This document shows, one piece after another, positions 15,545 to 26,887 of a DNA stretch of 64,000 nt (its first letter is position 1; each line of letters starts with the position of its first letter). The notes beneath the pieces were generated by a model, which saw only the letters and a list, made by a program, of their open reading frames with translations, had not been told where the DNA came from and made no database searches. The DNA comes from Picochlorum sp. SENEW3 (lineage: Eukaryota): NCBI GenBank assembly GCA_034226945.1, contig CP120466.1, positions 1 to 64,000 on the forward strand, given 5' to 3'. The translations under genes and the position numbers were made by a program.

Positions 15545-16375
15545 TTATTCAATCATATTATGATAGGTTGCAACTGTCGATGGTGATATTTTATTTAATG
15601 ATCTAAAAATCCAATATTTAAAAATAGTGTCTAAAAATACTGGAAATGTTGCAACAAATAATGACATAAATTCTTCATTTTCTGGAACACCAAAATGATA
15701 AAAAACCCATTTTAAGAAAACTTCCCATCCTCGTGGTGAATGAAACCCAACTAATAAATCTGTACTTAAAATTAATAAAAATGATTTAGTTGTATCACTT
15801 AAACTATATAATGATTCAGCTAAAAATGATTTAAGAATAATTAATTGAGTTTTTATTAGTACAAAAACAATTGCTAAACTACTTAAACTTAAAAAATCTG
15901 AAAATAAATTACTAATTGCTTGAATACTTTCTTCATTATAAGTTAATGCAATTTCAATTGTTTTTTTATGAATTGAGTTTTGTAAATCTAAATTTGTTAA
16001 TTGAGATATATTTTCCCCAAAATTTTGATTGCTTAATAAACTTTCAAAATACAGTATTTCTTCAAATTCTTTTAATTCATTTAATGCTAATTGTTGTTGT
16101 TGAATATTTAAGAATATATCTACATTATTTTTATTCCAAATATATTTTACAAATGGAGTAATAATGAAATGTTTTGAAATAAAATTTATAAAAATGGGAA
16201 TAAAAATTAAGAAAAATAAAGCTTGAAGAGAAACAATAACTTGATATCGTGATATTCGAAACTCTTGAATGACTAACATCTCAACACCAGGAAAAAGTTG
16301 TTTTTTAAATCTTTCAAAAGTTCGAATAATCGATCTTGGGATTAAACCAGTTTGTTCAATTGCTCGTTTTGCCAT
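15545..16375 (-). CDS. cemA: Envelope membrane protein CemA
   Basis: LSDTTKSFLLILSTDLLVGFHSPRGWE, SPSTVATYHNM. Confidence 0.98.
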   Translation of the reverse strand: MAKRAIEQTGLIPRSIIRTFERFKKQLFPGVEMLVIQEFRISRYQVIVSLQALFFLIFIPIFINFISKHFIITPFVKYIWNKNNVDIFLNIQQQQLALNELKEFEEILYFESLLSNQNFGENISQLTNLDLQNSIHKKTIEIALTYNEESIQAISNLFSDFLSLSSLAIVFVLIKTQLIILKSFLAESLYSLSDTTKSFLLILSTDLLVGFHSPRGWEVFLKWVFYHFGVPENEEFMSLFVATFPVFLDTIFKYWIFRSLNKISPSTVATYHNMIE

Positions 16376-16394
16376 AAATTGATTTTTAAAAATA

Positions 16395-16937
16395 TTAAAT
16401 TCCTTCTAATGACACTTGTAATACACGAGCCAATTCTGCTGCTTGGTTTTCAAGTTCTTGAATACTAATTGGTTGGCCTGCTCTTGTTAATGGGATTTCA
16501 CGATTACCACGTAATTTTAAATAAATCACTCGTCTAGGGTTAATTCCTTCTTTAATCTCAACTCGAATACTTTGTACCTCACTAATTAGGTATTTTAGAT
16601 TAATACGTCTATTTTTACCTGGAAAGCCCCATCGAAAAATTTGTATTTCACCGGTTTCAAGATTAAATTCATTATACCCTTGGCCTAAATCCCATAAAAT
16701 AATTAACCAAATATAAATACTTAGAGATAAACCAAGAATTCCATAAAAGGACATTACTAATCCTTGAGGAAAAAATTGAATTGTTTGTATATTAATAAAA
16801 GGTAAAATTGCATAATTTAAATAACACGATAAACCCGTTAATAAAAAACCAAGACCACCAATTGTTAAAATAGTACCCCAAATATAATTACTTAATCGTC
16901 TTGCACCTGGTACTGTATAATAAAGTGATTTTTTCAT
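16395..16937 (-). CDS. ycf4: PSI assembly protein Ycf4
   Basis: GARRLSNY, FFPQGLVMSFYG, FRWGFPGKNRRI. Confidence 0.99.
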   Translation of the reverse strand: MKKSLYYTVPGARRLSNYIWGTILTIGGLGFLLTGLSCYLNYAILPFINIQTIQFFPQGLVMSFYGILGLSLSIYIWLIILWDLGQGYNEFNLETGEIQIFRWGFPGKNRRINLKYLISEVQSIRVEIKEGINPRRVIYLKLRGNREIPLTRAGQPISIQELENQAAELARVLQVSLEGI

Positions 16938-16949
16938 AAAAAAATTTGA

Positions 16950-17336
16950 TTAATTGTCAGTTTTCCAAGGTTTTGGTAAAGTTTCAAACTTTTGTTTTAA
17001 ACGTGTTGCTTTTCCAGTTCTATTACGTAAATAATATAGTTTAGCACGGGCAACTTCAGCACGACGCAATACTTCAATACTTTTTAAACATGGCGCATGT
17101 AATGGAAATACACGTTCAACGCCAATACCCTGCAATGTTTTTCGAATTGTAATACTACTTTCTGAACCAGCTAAATGACGGGATATTACAGTGCCTTCAA
17201 AAGGTTGAATACGTTCTTTATTTCCTTCTTGAATTGCTACCCCAACGCGTACTAAATCTCCAATTTTGATTTCTGGAATATCTGATCGAATTGTTCCAGA
17301 TTTAATATTTTCAACAACTTCGTGAAGCTTTGTCAT
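16950..17336 (-). CDS. rpl19: Ribosomal protein L19
   Basis: EGNKERIQPFEG, GIGVERVF, RAKLYYLR. Confidence 0.98.
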   Translation of the reverse strand: MTKLHEVVENIKSGTIRSDIPEIKIGDLVRVGVAIQEGNKERIQPFEGTVISRHLAGSESSITIRKTLQGIGVERVFPLHAPCLKSIEVLRRAEVARAKLYYLRNRTGKATRLKQKFETLPKPWKTDN

Positions 17337-17376
17337 AATAATTTTTTTTTCAAATTAAAATATTAATTAATATATA

Positions 17377-17416
17377 TTCTATAATTTTATCGATAAGAAT
17401 CGATAAAATTATAGAA
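17377..17416 (-). terminator. 18-bp stem-loop after tufA
   Basis: TTCTATAATTTTATCGAT / ATCGATAAAATTATAGAA. Confidence 0.75.
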
Positions 17417-17429
17417 AGAACGGACTGGA

Positions 17430-18659
17430 TTATTTTGTAATAGTACTTACAACACCAGCACCTACGGTACGCCCACCTTCACGGATTGCAAAGCGCATAC
17501 CTTTTTCAATGGCAATTGGTTGAATTAAAGATACATTCATTTTAATACGATCACCTGGCATTACCATTTGTGTTTCACTATCATCATCTGCACGGAATGA
17601 TTCAATTTTTCCAGTAACATCAGTAGTTCGTACATAAAATTGTGGACGGTAACCCGGGAAGAATGGAGTATGACGACCACCTTCTTCTTTTGTTAGTACA
17701 TATACTTGTGCTTCAAATTCGGTATGTGGTGTGATACTACCTGGTTGTGCAAGTACCATTCCACGTTCAATGTCTTCTTTTTGAACACCACGTAGTAATA
17801 CTCCAACATTATCACCTGCAACACTTTCTTCTAATGTTTTTTGGAACATTTCTAAACCAGTTACTGTTGTTGAACGTGTATCACGTAAACCAACAATTTC
17901 CACTGTATCACCGATTTTTACTAAACCACGTTCTACACGACCAGTTGCTACTGTACCACGACCAGTAATTGAGAATACATCTTCAACCGCCATTAAGAAT
18001 GGTTTGTCTGTTGCACGTTCTGGTGTTGGAATATATGAGTCTACTTCATCCATTAATGCATAAATTTTATCAACCCACTCATTTTGACCACGATCAATTG
18101 TTTCCGCTTCTGTTAATGCTTCTAATGCTAATAAAGCAGAACCTGAAACAATTGGAATATCATCCCCAGGGAATTCATATTTATCTAATGTTTCACGAAT
18201 TTCTAGTTCAACTAATTCTAATAATTCAGGATCATCTACTTGATCTTCTTTATTTAAGAAAACAACAATATTTGGTACACCTACTTGCTTAGCTAATAAT
18301 AAGTGTTCTTTCGTTTGTGGCATTGGACCATCAGCACCTGATACAACTAAAATTGCGCCATCCATTTGTGCTGCTCCAGTAATCATATTTTTTACATAAT
18401 CAGCATGACCTGGACAATCTACGTGGGCATAATGACGATTTTCTGTTTCATATTCAACATGTGCAGTATTAATAGTAATACCACGGGCTTTTTCTTCTGG
18501 TGCTGAATCAATATCGTCATATTTTTGACCTTTACCACCACCACGTAATGCTAGTGCCATTGTAATAGCAGCTGTTAATGTTGTTTTTCCATGATCAACG
18601 TGGCCGATTGTTCCAATGTTAATATGTGGTTTACTACGTTCAAATTTTTCACGTGCCAT
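17430..18659 (-). CDS. tufA: Elongation factor Tu
   Basis: [19 protein letters not shown]-domain motifs. Confidence 0.99.
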   Translation of the reverse strand: MAREKFERSKPHINIGTIGHVDHGKTTLTAAITMALALRGGGKGQKYDDIDSAPEEKARGITINTAHVEYETENRHYAHVDCPGHADYVKNMITGAAQMDGAILVVSGADGPMPQTKEHLLLAKQVGVPNIVVFLNKEDQVDDPELLELVELEIRETLDKYEFPGDDIPIVSGSALLALEALTEAETIDRGQNEWVDKIYALMDEVDSYIPTPERATDKPFLMAVEDVFSITGRGTVATGRVERGLVKIGDTVEIVGLRDTRSTTVTGLEMFQKTLEESVAGDNVGVLLRGVQKEDIERGMVLAQPGSITPHTEFEAQVYVLTKEEGGRHTPFFPGYRPQFYVRTTDVTGKIESFRADDDSETQMVMPGDRIKMNVSLIQPIAIEKGMRFAIREGGRTVGAGVVSTITK

Positions 18660-18727
18660 TTTAATTTCCTTGTGTATATTTTTTTCAAAAATTTAAATAA
18701 ATTTGATCTTGATTCAATATCAATTAT

Positions 18728-19192
18728 TTAAAATCGATATTTAGCAAATGCTTTATTAGCTTCTGCCATTTTATGTACTTCATCACGTTTTCGAATTGCA
18801 CTTCCAGAATTTTTTGAAGCTTCAATTAATTCAGACGTTAACTTTATTGTCATTGGACGACCTGATTTAACACGACACGATGCTAAAATCCAACGGATTG
18901 CAAGAGCTGTTCCTCGTTCTGGTAATACTTCTAAAGGAACTTGATACGTTGATCCTCCAACACGACGTGCTTTAACTTCAACTAATGGCGTTGCATTACG
19001 AATTGCTTGTTCAATAACTACTAATGGGTCTTGTTGCGTAGTTTCAGCAATTTGTGTCATAGTTTCATACATAATTTTATACGCTAAAGATTTTTTCCCT
19101 TTACGCATAATTTGACGAACGATTAATTCTATTAGACGGCTATCATATACCGGATCGGGCATTACACTACGTTTTTTACGTCGACGAGACAT
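18728..19192 (-). CDS. rps7: Ribosomal protein S7
   Basis: [19 protein letters not shown]. Confidence 0.99.
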   Translation of the reverse strand: MSRRRKKRSVMPDPVYDSRLIELIVRQIMRKGKKSLAYKIMYETMTQIAETTQQDPLVVIEQAIRNATPLVEVKARRVGGSTYQVPLEVLPERGTALAIRWILASCRVKSGRPMTIKLTSELIEASKNSGSAIRKRDEVHKMAEANKAFAKYRF

Positions 19193-19221
19193 AAATTTCT
19201 AATTAATATATAATTTTAATT

Positions 19222-19587
19222 CTATTTTTTTACACCATATTTAGAACGGCCTTGTGAACGTTCTTTAACACCAGCAGTATCTAATGTTCCACGAACAATA
19301 TGATAACGTACCCCAGGTAAATCTTTAACTCGACCACCGCGTACTAAAACAACTGAATGTTCTTGTAAATTATGGCCAATTCCAGGAATATAAGCTGTAA
19401 CTTCAAATCCTGATGATAAACGAACACGAGCGACTTTTCTTAAAGCCGAATTTGGTTTCTTTGGTGTTGTTGTATAAACACGTGTACATACGCCGCGACG
19501 TTGTGGGCATTGCTTTAATGCTGCTGATTTGGTTGGTTTTGATATTTTTGTTCGAGCAGAACGAACTAATTGTTGAATAGTTGGCAT
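19222..19587 (-). CDS. rps12: Ribosomal protein S12
   Basis: [20 protein letters not shown]. Confidence 0.99.
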   Translation of the reverse strand: MPTIQQLVRSARTKISKPTKSAALKQCPQRRGVCTRVYTTTPKKPNSALRKVARVRLSSGFEVTAYIPGIGHNLQEHSVVLVRGGRVKDLPGVRYHIVRGTLDTAGVKERSQGRSKYGVKK

Positions 19588-19684
19588 ATTATTAAATATA
19601 ATAATAGATTTATTAAATAGTATTTAATTTTTTAAAGTAAAATTACTAGTAAAATATTCTCAATAAGTATTGATACAGTTATTC

Positions 19685-19728
19685 AAAATTCTATATTAAT
19701 TTTATGAGTAAAATTAATATAGAATTTT
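19685..19728 (-). terminator. 20-bp stem-loop after psaJ
   Basis: AAAATTCTATATTAATTTTA-TGAG-TAAAATTAATATAGAATTTT. Confidence 0.75.
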
Positions 19729-19736
19729 TATTCTAA

Positions 19737-19862
19737 TTAAAACGCAAGAATTAATGCATCTGGGAAATAGCGATTAATTTCAATTAATAAACCTGCTACA
19801 GCTGTTAAGCTTACAAGAGCAAGAACTGGTGCTGTAGATAAGTATGTTGTAAAATCCTTCAT
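19737..19862 (-). CDS. psaJ: Photosystem I subunit IX
   Basis: manual translation [14 protein letters not shown]...[17 protein letters not shown]. Confidence 0.98.
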   Translation of the reverse strand: MKDFTTYLSTAPVLALVSLTAVAGLLIEINRYFPDALILAF

Positions 19863-19974
19863 ATTTGCTTTCTCCAAATTAATTATGAAATTCATCAATT
19901 TCACAAAGAAATAGAAACCCCTTGCAAAAGTTTAGCGCCTTAGGTACTATAAACAAATAACTGTAACACAGTAT

Positions 19975-20048
19975 CGGGATGTAGCGCAGTTTGGTAGCGC
20001 TCCTGTTTTGGGAACAGGAGGTCGCAGGTTCGAATCCTGTCATCCCGA
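19975..20048 (+). tRNA. trnP: tRNA-Pro(UGG)
   Basis: CGGGATG acceptor; loop TTTGGGA. Confidence 0.96.
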
Positions 20049-20050
20049 AA

Positions 20051-20123
20051 ACGCCTTTAGTTCAGTTGGTAGAACGCAGGTTTCCAAAACCTGATGTCGT
20101 GGGTTCAAGTCCTACAAGGCGTG
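20051..20123 (+). tRNA. trnW: tRNA-Trp(CCA)
   Basis: loop TTCCAAA; 2 nt after trnP. Confidence 0.96.
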
Positions 20124-20209
20124 ATGAATTTTTTTAACTGTATTTATTGTATTGTCTCAAAAAAAATACTTAAGTGGTAGTATTTTTGATTGTTTTATTG
20201 AGAAAATTT

Positions 20210-20506
20210 TTATTTGTTAATTTCTAAATTAACAAAAGGTAATAAACCACTCATACGTGCACGTTTAATAGCTGTAGCCATTGCACGTTGTTGTTTTGCG
20301 GTTAAACCTGTTGCACGTCGTGGCAAAATTTTTCCTTGCGGACTAATGAACTTAATTAATAATTTTGTATTTTTATAATCAATTGTTGAACGTGGTGCAG
20401 GTTGGTTAGTATTCCACAATTTACGATCCCCAGGCTTTGCAATTACAACAGGCACCGGTTTGCGTTTTGGTTTAAATCCACGCTTACCTAATTTAGGTTG
20501 ATTCAT
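20210..20506 (-). CDS. rps18: Ribosomal protein S18
   Basis: [25 protein letters not shown]. Confidence 0.97.
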   Translation of the reverse strand: MNQPKLGKRGFKPKRKPVPVVIAKPGDRKLWNTNQPAPRSTIDYKNTKLLIKFISPQGKILPRRATGLTAKQQRAMATAIKRARMSGLLPFVNLEINK

Positions 20507-20562
20507 ATTTAGAAGTTACCTCCAAAGTATTTTATTTGAATCAAATATTCATATGAAGCAAA

Positions 20563-20910
20563 TTAATCTTGAATTTGTGCAATTAATTGATTAAATGCTT
20601 CTTGATCACGAATTGCGACTTGACTTAATACTTTTCGATTCAAAATAATATTTGATTTTTTTAATTGATGGCGTAATGAATTGTAATTCATTCCATGTTG
20701 TCTAGCTGCTGCATTTAAGCGTGAAATCCATAAACTTGTATATTCACGTTTTCTTTGTTTACGATCTCGATAAGCATATCGTAATGCTTTCATAGTTTGT
20801 TGTTGAGCAGTACGAAACAGACGTGATGACGAACCTCTAAATCCACTTGCTAAATTTAGTACTTCTTTACGTCGTTTTCGAGCAACATTACCACGTTTAA
20901 CACGAGTCAT
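20563..20910 (-). CDS. rpl20: Ribosomal protein L20
   Basis: [24 protein letters not shown]. Confidence 0.99.
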   Translation of the reverse strand: MTRVKRGNVARKRRKEVLNLASGFRGSSSRLFRTAQQQTMKALRYAYRDRKQRKREYTSLWISRLNAAARQHGMNYNSLRHQLKKSNIILNRKVLSQVAIRDQEAFNQLIAQIQD

Positions 20911-21098
20911 TTATGCTCTCCTATAATTAATTTCGTTTAAATTATAATAATTTTTCCCATAAAAAATGTATTTAATAGCACTTTTTAAGAGATTTTCATA
21001 GAAAAAAGAGAAAACTTTTTACTATGCTTTATTTGATCATTGTAGTAGTTTATTTCAATCTTGTCTACTGGCAATAGTAGATAAGATAAAGTTGGGTT

Positions 21099-21171
21099 TA
21101 CCCCCAGGGGAATTCGAATCCCCGTTTCCTCCGTGAAAGGGAGATGTCCTAGGCCTCTAGACGATGGGGGC
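21099..21171 (-). tRNA. trnE: tRNA-Glu(UUC)
   Basis: GCCCCCA acceptor; loop CTTTCAC. Confidence 0.96.
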
Positions 21172-21182
21172 TTTTTATATAC

Positions 21183-21211
21183 ATAATATACTTTTTTTTG
21201 TATATTGTCAA
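21183..21211 (-). promoter_or_regulatory. sigma70-type (PEP) promoter for trnE
   Basis: minus-strand TTGACA-17 nt-TATTAT. Confidence 0.65.
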
Positions 21212-21228
21212 TAGTTTAGTTTTAACCT

Positions 21229-21302
21229 GAGCGGAGGTAGGATTCGAACCTACGACCTTAAGGTTATGAGCCTTACGAGCTACCAGACTGCTCTACTCCG
21301 CT
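21229..21302 (-). tRNA. trnfM: initiator tRNA-fMet(CAU)
   Basis: AGCGGAGTAGAGCAG..GGTAGCTCGTAAGGCTCATAACCTTA, plastid fMet-type sequence. Confidence 0.9.
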
Positions 21303-21417
21303 AAACTTAGTTATAAGGTTATTATATACTTTAATAAATGTCAATAATTATACATTTATTTATAAATTAGTTGCAAATTAAAACAATTTATGGTACAAAT
21401 ATAAATGTACTTTTAAC

Positions 21418-21490
21418 GCGGGTATAGCTCAGTTGGTAGAGCGGCACCTTGCCAAGGTGCATGTCGCGCGTTCGAGTCGCGTTACCCGCT
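21418..21490 (+). tRNA. trnG: tRNA-Gly(GCC)
   Basis: loop TTGCCAA. Confidence 0.96.
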
Positions 21491-21505
21491 TAGTACATGA
21501 ACAAT

Positions 21506-21592
21506 GGAGAGGTGGCAGAGTGGTTGATTGCACCGGTTTTGAAAACCGGCGTAGTTGCGAGACTACCGGGGGTTCGAATCCCCCCTTCTCCG
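21506..21592 (+). tRNA. trnS: tRNA-Ser(UGA)
   Basis: loop TTTGAAA; long variable arm. Confidence 0.96.
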
Positions 21593-21726
21593 GTATGAAC
21601 TATATTGAATAAATATATTTATTAAAAACTTTTTATTTTTCAGAATTTTCTAGTACAATAAATAAATTAATAATCAAGTAAACACTTGTTCAACTTGATT
21701 TTTATGTATATTTGGAGTTAACCTTC

Positions 21727-21834
21727 ATGGAAGTAAATATTTTAGGCTTAATTGCAACAGCGCTATTTATTATTATCCCAACATCATTCTTACTAATTTT
21801 ATACGTTAAAACAGCAAGTAATGAAGAACAATAA
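21727..21834 (+). CDS. psbM: Photosystem II protein M
   Basis: manual translation [35 protein letters not shown]. Confidence 0.98.
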   Translation: MEVNILGLIATALFIIIPTSFLLILYVKTASNEEQ

Positions 21835-21877
21835 AAATTTTTCGGAAATTAATTTATCCATAAGAAATAGTATAGTT

Positions 21878-21959
21878 TGGGCCGAGCTGGATTTGAACCA
21901 GCGTAGGCAAAGCCAACGGATTTACAATCCGCCTCCATTAACCACTCGGACATCGACCC
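21878..21959 (-). tRNA. trnY: tRNA-Tyr(GUA)
   Basis: loop TTGTAAA; variable arm. Confidence 0.96.
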
Positions 21960-22079
21960 TGATACTTTCAATATCTAAATATATTTTACATTGTAATAAG
22001 AAAAATTACAAATAATATATTTATTATTAATATATTTACATATACATAATTCTTATGTTACAATCATAATATACATTAA

Positions 22080-22327
22080 GGGGATATGGCGGAATTGGTA
22101 GACGCAACGGACTTAAAGGGTCAAGGTATAATATTGAGCCTTAATAGAGGAATTTATTAAGTGAATGCTCTCAAATTCAAGGAAACTTTTTTTAAAGCAA
22201 TCTTGAGCCAATTTAATTTAAAAGGTGCAGAGACTCGACAGGAGCTATCCAAAAAGATTTGGATAGTTTTCAAACTGAAAATCCGTTGATTCATTGAATC
22301 GTGAGAGTTCAAGTCTCTCTATCCCCA
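22080..22327 (+). tRNA. trnL: tRNA-Leu(UAA); exons 22080-22114 and 22278-22327
   Basis: joining exons gives ACGGA-CTTAAAA-TCCGT anticodon arm and GGGGATA/TATCCCC acceptor. Confidence 0.95.
22115..22277 (+). other. Group I intron in the trnL(UAA) anticodon, 163 nt, degenerate
   Basis: inserted after U34, ends in G; P (AAATTCAAGGAAAC), Q (GCAATCTTGAGCC), R (GCAGAGACTCGA) present; S element not found. Confidence 0.92.
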
Positions 22328-22341
22328 ATTTAGTAATAATC

Positions 22342-22372
22342 GGAGATTACTCTTGATTAAAGAGTAATCTCT
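22342..22372. terminator. stem-loop between convergent trnL and psbH
   Basis: GGAGATTACTCTT / AAGAGTAATCTCT. Confidence 0.65.
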
Positions 22373-22391
22373 ATAATTTGTTTAATGAACT

Positions 22392-22639
22392 TTATTTTGC
22401 AAGAGCTGTCCAACTCATTGTAACATCGTCTAAAATTACTGAACTATTATAAATCTCTAAAATAATTACTAAGAAAATAGCAAATAAAGCCATAAAACAC
22501 CCATAACAACTGTTGTACCCCAACCTGGAGCAACTTTACCATATTCAGAATTTAATGGTTTTAGTAATGTACCTAATGGTGTTACTAGACCTGATTCTTG
22601 ATTTGCTGATTTTACTTTTGATGTAGTTCCAGTAGCCAT
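22392..22639 (-). CDS. psbH: Photosystem II phosphoprotein H; apparent frameshift at A-run 22494-22497
   Basis: MATGTTSK...[18 protein letters not shown] then, in another frame, [23 protein letters not shown]. Confidence 0.96.
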
Positions 22640-22822
22640 ATTAATTTTTAATTAATTTTTTTTACTTTCTATAATTCGAATTTTGTGGTTGATATCAATA
22701 TACATATATTATATAGCACATTTGTAAGAATATAAAACTTTTTAGTTTTATTTAAAAATTTAATTTTTAGTATGGTATACTATAACTAGTAGCAATTATA
22801 AATATTATTAAATAAATAATTT

Positions 22823-22957
22823 ATGGACAGTCCAGCTTTTTTCTTTGCAATTTTTTTATGGTGTCTTTTACTAAGTGCAACTGGATATTCAATCTATGTT
22901 GGATTTGGGCCACCTTCAAATAAATTACGCGATCCATTTGAGGAACATGAAGATTAA
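22823..22957 (+). CDS. psbN: PsbN (photosystem biogenesis factor)
   Basis: manual translation MDSPAFFF...[17 protein letters not shown]; antisense between psbT and psbH. Confidence 0.98.
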   Translation: MDSPAFFFAIFLWCLLLSATGYSIYVGFGPPSNKLRDPFEEHED

Positions 22958-22962
22958 TATAC

Positions 22963-22994
22963 TGAAATCGGGAGTTCAATGAATCCCGATTTCA
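22963..22994. terminator. stem-loop between convergent psbN and psbT
   Basis: TGAAATCGGGA / TCCCGATTTCA. Confidence 0.7.
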
Positions 22995-23018
22995 AAAATA
23001 TAAAATACCTAATACGTA

Positions 23019-23117
23019 TTATTTAGTATTAATACGTGGTGGTTCTCTAAAGAAAATAGAGAAAAAGATAATACCTAATGTACCAATTAATAAAAATGTA
23101 TAAACTAATGCTTCCAT
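23019..23117 (-). CDS. psbT: Photosystem II protein T
   Basis: manual translation [32 protein letters not shown]. Confidence 0.98.
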   Translation of the reverse strand: MEALVYTFLLIGTLGIIFFSIFFREPPRINTK

Positions 23118-23190
23118 AATAATTCCTTATTTCAAGTCTTTATTTAGCATAATACAACTTAGATTTCACTAAGTTTTATATTAAACCAAT

Positions 23191-24717
23191 TTAGATTGAT
23201 TGACGACGAGTAGTTGTGTCACCTAATTTAATGAAGGCACCGAATTCTACTTGTTCTTCTAAATCAGCATCAATACCGGCAAATACATCACGGAAAATTG
23301 TACGTGCACCATGCCAAATATGACCAAAGAAAAATAATAGCGCAAAACATAAATGAGCATAAGTGAACCAACCACGAGGGCTTGAACGGAATACACCATC
23401 AGATTGTAATGTTGCACGATCAAACTCAAAAATTTCACCAAGTTGAGCACGACGAGCATATTTTTTCACTGTTGCTGGATCAGTAAATGTTACTCCATCT
23501 AATTCACCACCATAGAATGTTACTGATAATCCAACCTGCTCAACACTATATTTTGATTCTGCACGACGGAATGGCACATCAGCACGAACAATACCATCTT
23601 TATCTAATAAAATAACTGGGAATGTTTCAAAGAATGATGGCATACGACGAACAAATAGTTCATTACCATTTTTATCTTTAAAAACTGCATGTCCAAGCCA
23701 ACCTACAGCGATACCATCACCACTATTCATAGCACCAGTACGGAATAAACCACCTTTGGCTGGGTTATTACCAATATAGTCATAAAAAGCTAATTTTTCT
23801 GGAATTTCAGCCCATGCTTGTGATGCTGATTTACCTTCAGCTAAACTTGTTTGTACACGTGTTTCAATTTCTTCTTGGAAGAAACCTAAATCCCACTGAT
23901 AACGAGTTGGACCAAATAATTCAATTGGTGTTGCAGCTGACCCATACCACATTGTACCTGCTACAACGAATGCAGCCCAGAATACAGCAGCAATACTACT
24001 TGAAAGTACAGTTTCAATATTACCCATTCGTAAACCGTTATATAAACGTTGTGGTGGGCGAACACATAAGTGGAATAAACCTGCAATAACACCTAAAATC
24101 CCAGCAGCAATATGATGTGCTGCAATACCACCTGGGTTATAAGGATCAAACCCAGTAGAATCCCAAGATGGTGCTACTCCTTGAACACTACCCGTAATAC
24201 CATACGGATCAGATACCCAAATACCTGGTCCAAATAAACCTGTTACATGAAATGCTCCAAAACCAAAACATAATAGCCCACTTAAAAATAAGTGAATACC
24301 GAAAATTTTTGGTAAATCTAATGCTGGATTGCCTGTACGTGGATCACGGAATAATTCTAAATCCCAATAAACCCAATGCCAAATTGACGCAGCAAAAAGT
24401 AAACCAGCTAAAATGATGTGTGTTGCAGCAACACCTTCATAACTCCATAAACCAGGATTTGAAGCTGTTTCACCACTAATTGTCCAACCACCCCATGATT
24501 CTGTAATACCTAAACGTGTCATAAATGGTAATACAAACATACCTTGACGCCACATTGGATTTAATACAGGATCAGAAGGATCAAAAACAGCTAATTCATA
24601 AAATGCCATTGAACCAGCCCAACCAGAAACTAGTCCTGTATGCATTAAGTGAACAGAAATTAAACGACCTGGATCATTTAATACAACTGTGTGAACACGA
24701 TACCAAGGAAGACCCAT
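23191..24717 (-). CDS. psbB: Photosystem II CP47
   Basis: [19 protein letters not shown]. Confidence 0.99.
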   Translation of the reverse strand: MGLPWYRVHTVVLNDPGRLISVHLMHTGLVSGWAGSMAFYELAVFDPSDPVLNPMWRQGMFVLPFMTRLGITESWGGWTISGETASNPGLWSYEGVAATHIILAGLLFAASIWHWVYWDLELFRDPRTGNPALDLPKIFGIHLFLSGLLCFGFGAFHVTGLFGPGIWVSDPYGITGSVQGVAPSWDSTGFDPYNPGGIAAHHIAAGILGVIAGLFHLCVRPPQRLYNGLRMGNIETVLSSSIAAVFWAAFVVAGTMWYGSAATPIELFGPTRYQWDLGFFQEEIETRVQTSLAEGKSASQAWAEIPEKLAFYDYIGNNPAKGGLFRTGAMNSGDGIAVGWLGHAVFKDKNGNELFVRRMPSFFETFPVILLDKDGIVRADVPFRRAESKYSVEQVGLSVTFYGGELDGVTFTDPATVKKYARRAQLGEIFEFDRATLQSDGVFRSSPRGWFTYAHLCFALLFFFGHIWHGARTIFRDVFAGIDADLEEQVEFGAFIKLGDTTTRRQSI

Positions 24718-24898
24718 AACAATTGTTAATGTTAATAATTTTTTACTTTCTTTCTTTTAATCTACTATTAAGATTAGTATAGCATATATTAAATATTAAA
24801 ATTTAATATTTTTAATATTTAGTGAATATTACTTTTGCTATCTATAGTAATATAGTATATACTATATATATATAGATAATGAATAGAGAACTAAATTT

Positions 24899-25506
24899 AT
24901 GCCAATTGGAGTCCCTAAAGTCCCTTTTCGTTTACCTGGAGAGCCATCAGCTCAGTGGGTTGATTTATATAATAGGCTTTATCGTGAACGTGTTTTATTT
25001 TTATGTCAAGAATTAGATGATGAGTTAGCAAACCAACTTATTGGTATCATGCTATATTTAAACTCTGAAGATAAGAATAAAGGTTTATATTTATATATAA
25101 ACTCGCCCGGCGGATCTGTGACATGTGGAATTGCAGTCTACGATGCAATGAACTATGTTCAATCACCAGTTACAACTATTTGTGTCGGAACAGCAGCATC
25201 AATGGCTTCATTTATTTTAGCTGGTGGTGATACTGGTAAACGTATCGCATTACCTTATTCACGTATTATGATCCATCAACCCGAAGGTGGTAGTCAGGGT
25301 CAAGCTTCAGAAGTTTTAGCAGAATCAGAAGAAGTAATGCGTATTCGAAGACAAGTCGGTCAAATTTATGCTCAACGAACTGGTCAACCTCTAAGCCGTA
25401 TTTCACGAGATATGGATCGTGATCAATTTTATCAGCCGAAGAAGCAAAAGTCTATGGTTTAGTAGATCAAGTTGCTGTCGATACAAAATGGTCAGAAAAC
25501 AAATAA
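24899..25506 (+). CDS. clpP: Clp protease proteolytic subunit; apparent frameshift at T-run 25427-25430
   Basis: [22 protein letters not shown]; adding one T restores [18 protein letters not shown]. Confidence 0.97.
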
Positions 25507-25571
25507 TATATATATTTAATTCTAGCGATAAATAAATAAATATATTCAGCCTAATTGTGGTTTAAAAGTAA

Positions 25572-26258
<687 letters not shown>

Positions 26259-26304
26259 ATTGAATTTAATTTCAATTTTAATTAATTAAAAAAAAGATTA
26301 AATT

Positions 26305-26787
26305 ATGGCAGTTACAAAAAAACCTGATCTTTCAGATCCAGTATTACGCGCAAAATTGGCTAAAGGTATGGGTCACAATTACTATGGTGAACCCGCTTGG
26401 CCAAATGACTTATTATATATTTTCCCTGTTGTAATTTTTGGGACTTTTGCTTGTGTTATTGGTTTAGCAGTGTTAGAACCAGCTGCAATTGGTGAACCTG
26501 CAAATCCATTTGCCACTCCACTAGAAATTTTACCAGAATGGTATTTCTTTCCAGTATTCCAATTATTACGTACAGTACCTAATAAATTATTAGGAGTACT
26601 TTTAATGGCAGCAGTTCCTGCAGGTTTAATTACAGTGCCTTTCATTGAAAGTATTAATAAATTTCAAAATCCATTCCGTCGTCCAGTTGCAATGACTGTA
26701 TTCTTAGTTGGAACAGTTGCTGCAATTTGGTTAGGAATTGGAGCAGCATTACCTATTGATATTTCTTTAACATTAGGTTTATTTTAA
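26305..26787 (+). CDS. petD: Cytochrome b6f subunit IV
   Basis: [14 protein letters not shown]. Confidence 0.99.
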   Translation: MAVTKKPDLSDPVLRAKLAKGMGHNYYGEPAWPNDLLYIFPVVIFGTFACVIGLAVLEPAAIGEPANPFATPLEILPEWYFFPVFQLLRTVPNKLLGVLLMAAVPAGLITVPFIESINKFQNPFRRPVAMTVFLVGTVAAIWLGIGAALPIDISLTLGLF

Positions 26788-26855
26788 TAATAAGTTCACC
26801 TGAACTTATATACTATATGTATCTCTCTTTCAATAAAGAGATACATAAATAGATA

Positions 26856-26884
26856 TCGACAATAACTTATCATCATGATAGGAT
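26856..26884 (+). promoter_or_regulatory. Putative sigma70-type promoter of ffs
   Basis: TCGACA-17 nt-TAGGAT with extended -10 TG; predicted start at the base of the SRP hairpin. Confidence 0.55.
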
Positions 26885-26887
26885 GAT

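Noticed and set aside
19200..19232. Truncated rps12 C-terminus (ends GVKK*)
   Set aside because: The stop follows an A-run, so it cannot be told apart from a homopolymer error; at most a few residues are affected.
21821..22015. 64-aa ORF here and 66-aa ORF at 43160-43360
   Set aside because: They overlap trnY and trnG/trnH respectively; spurious.
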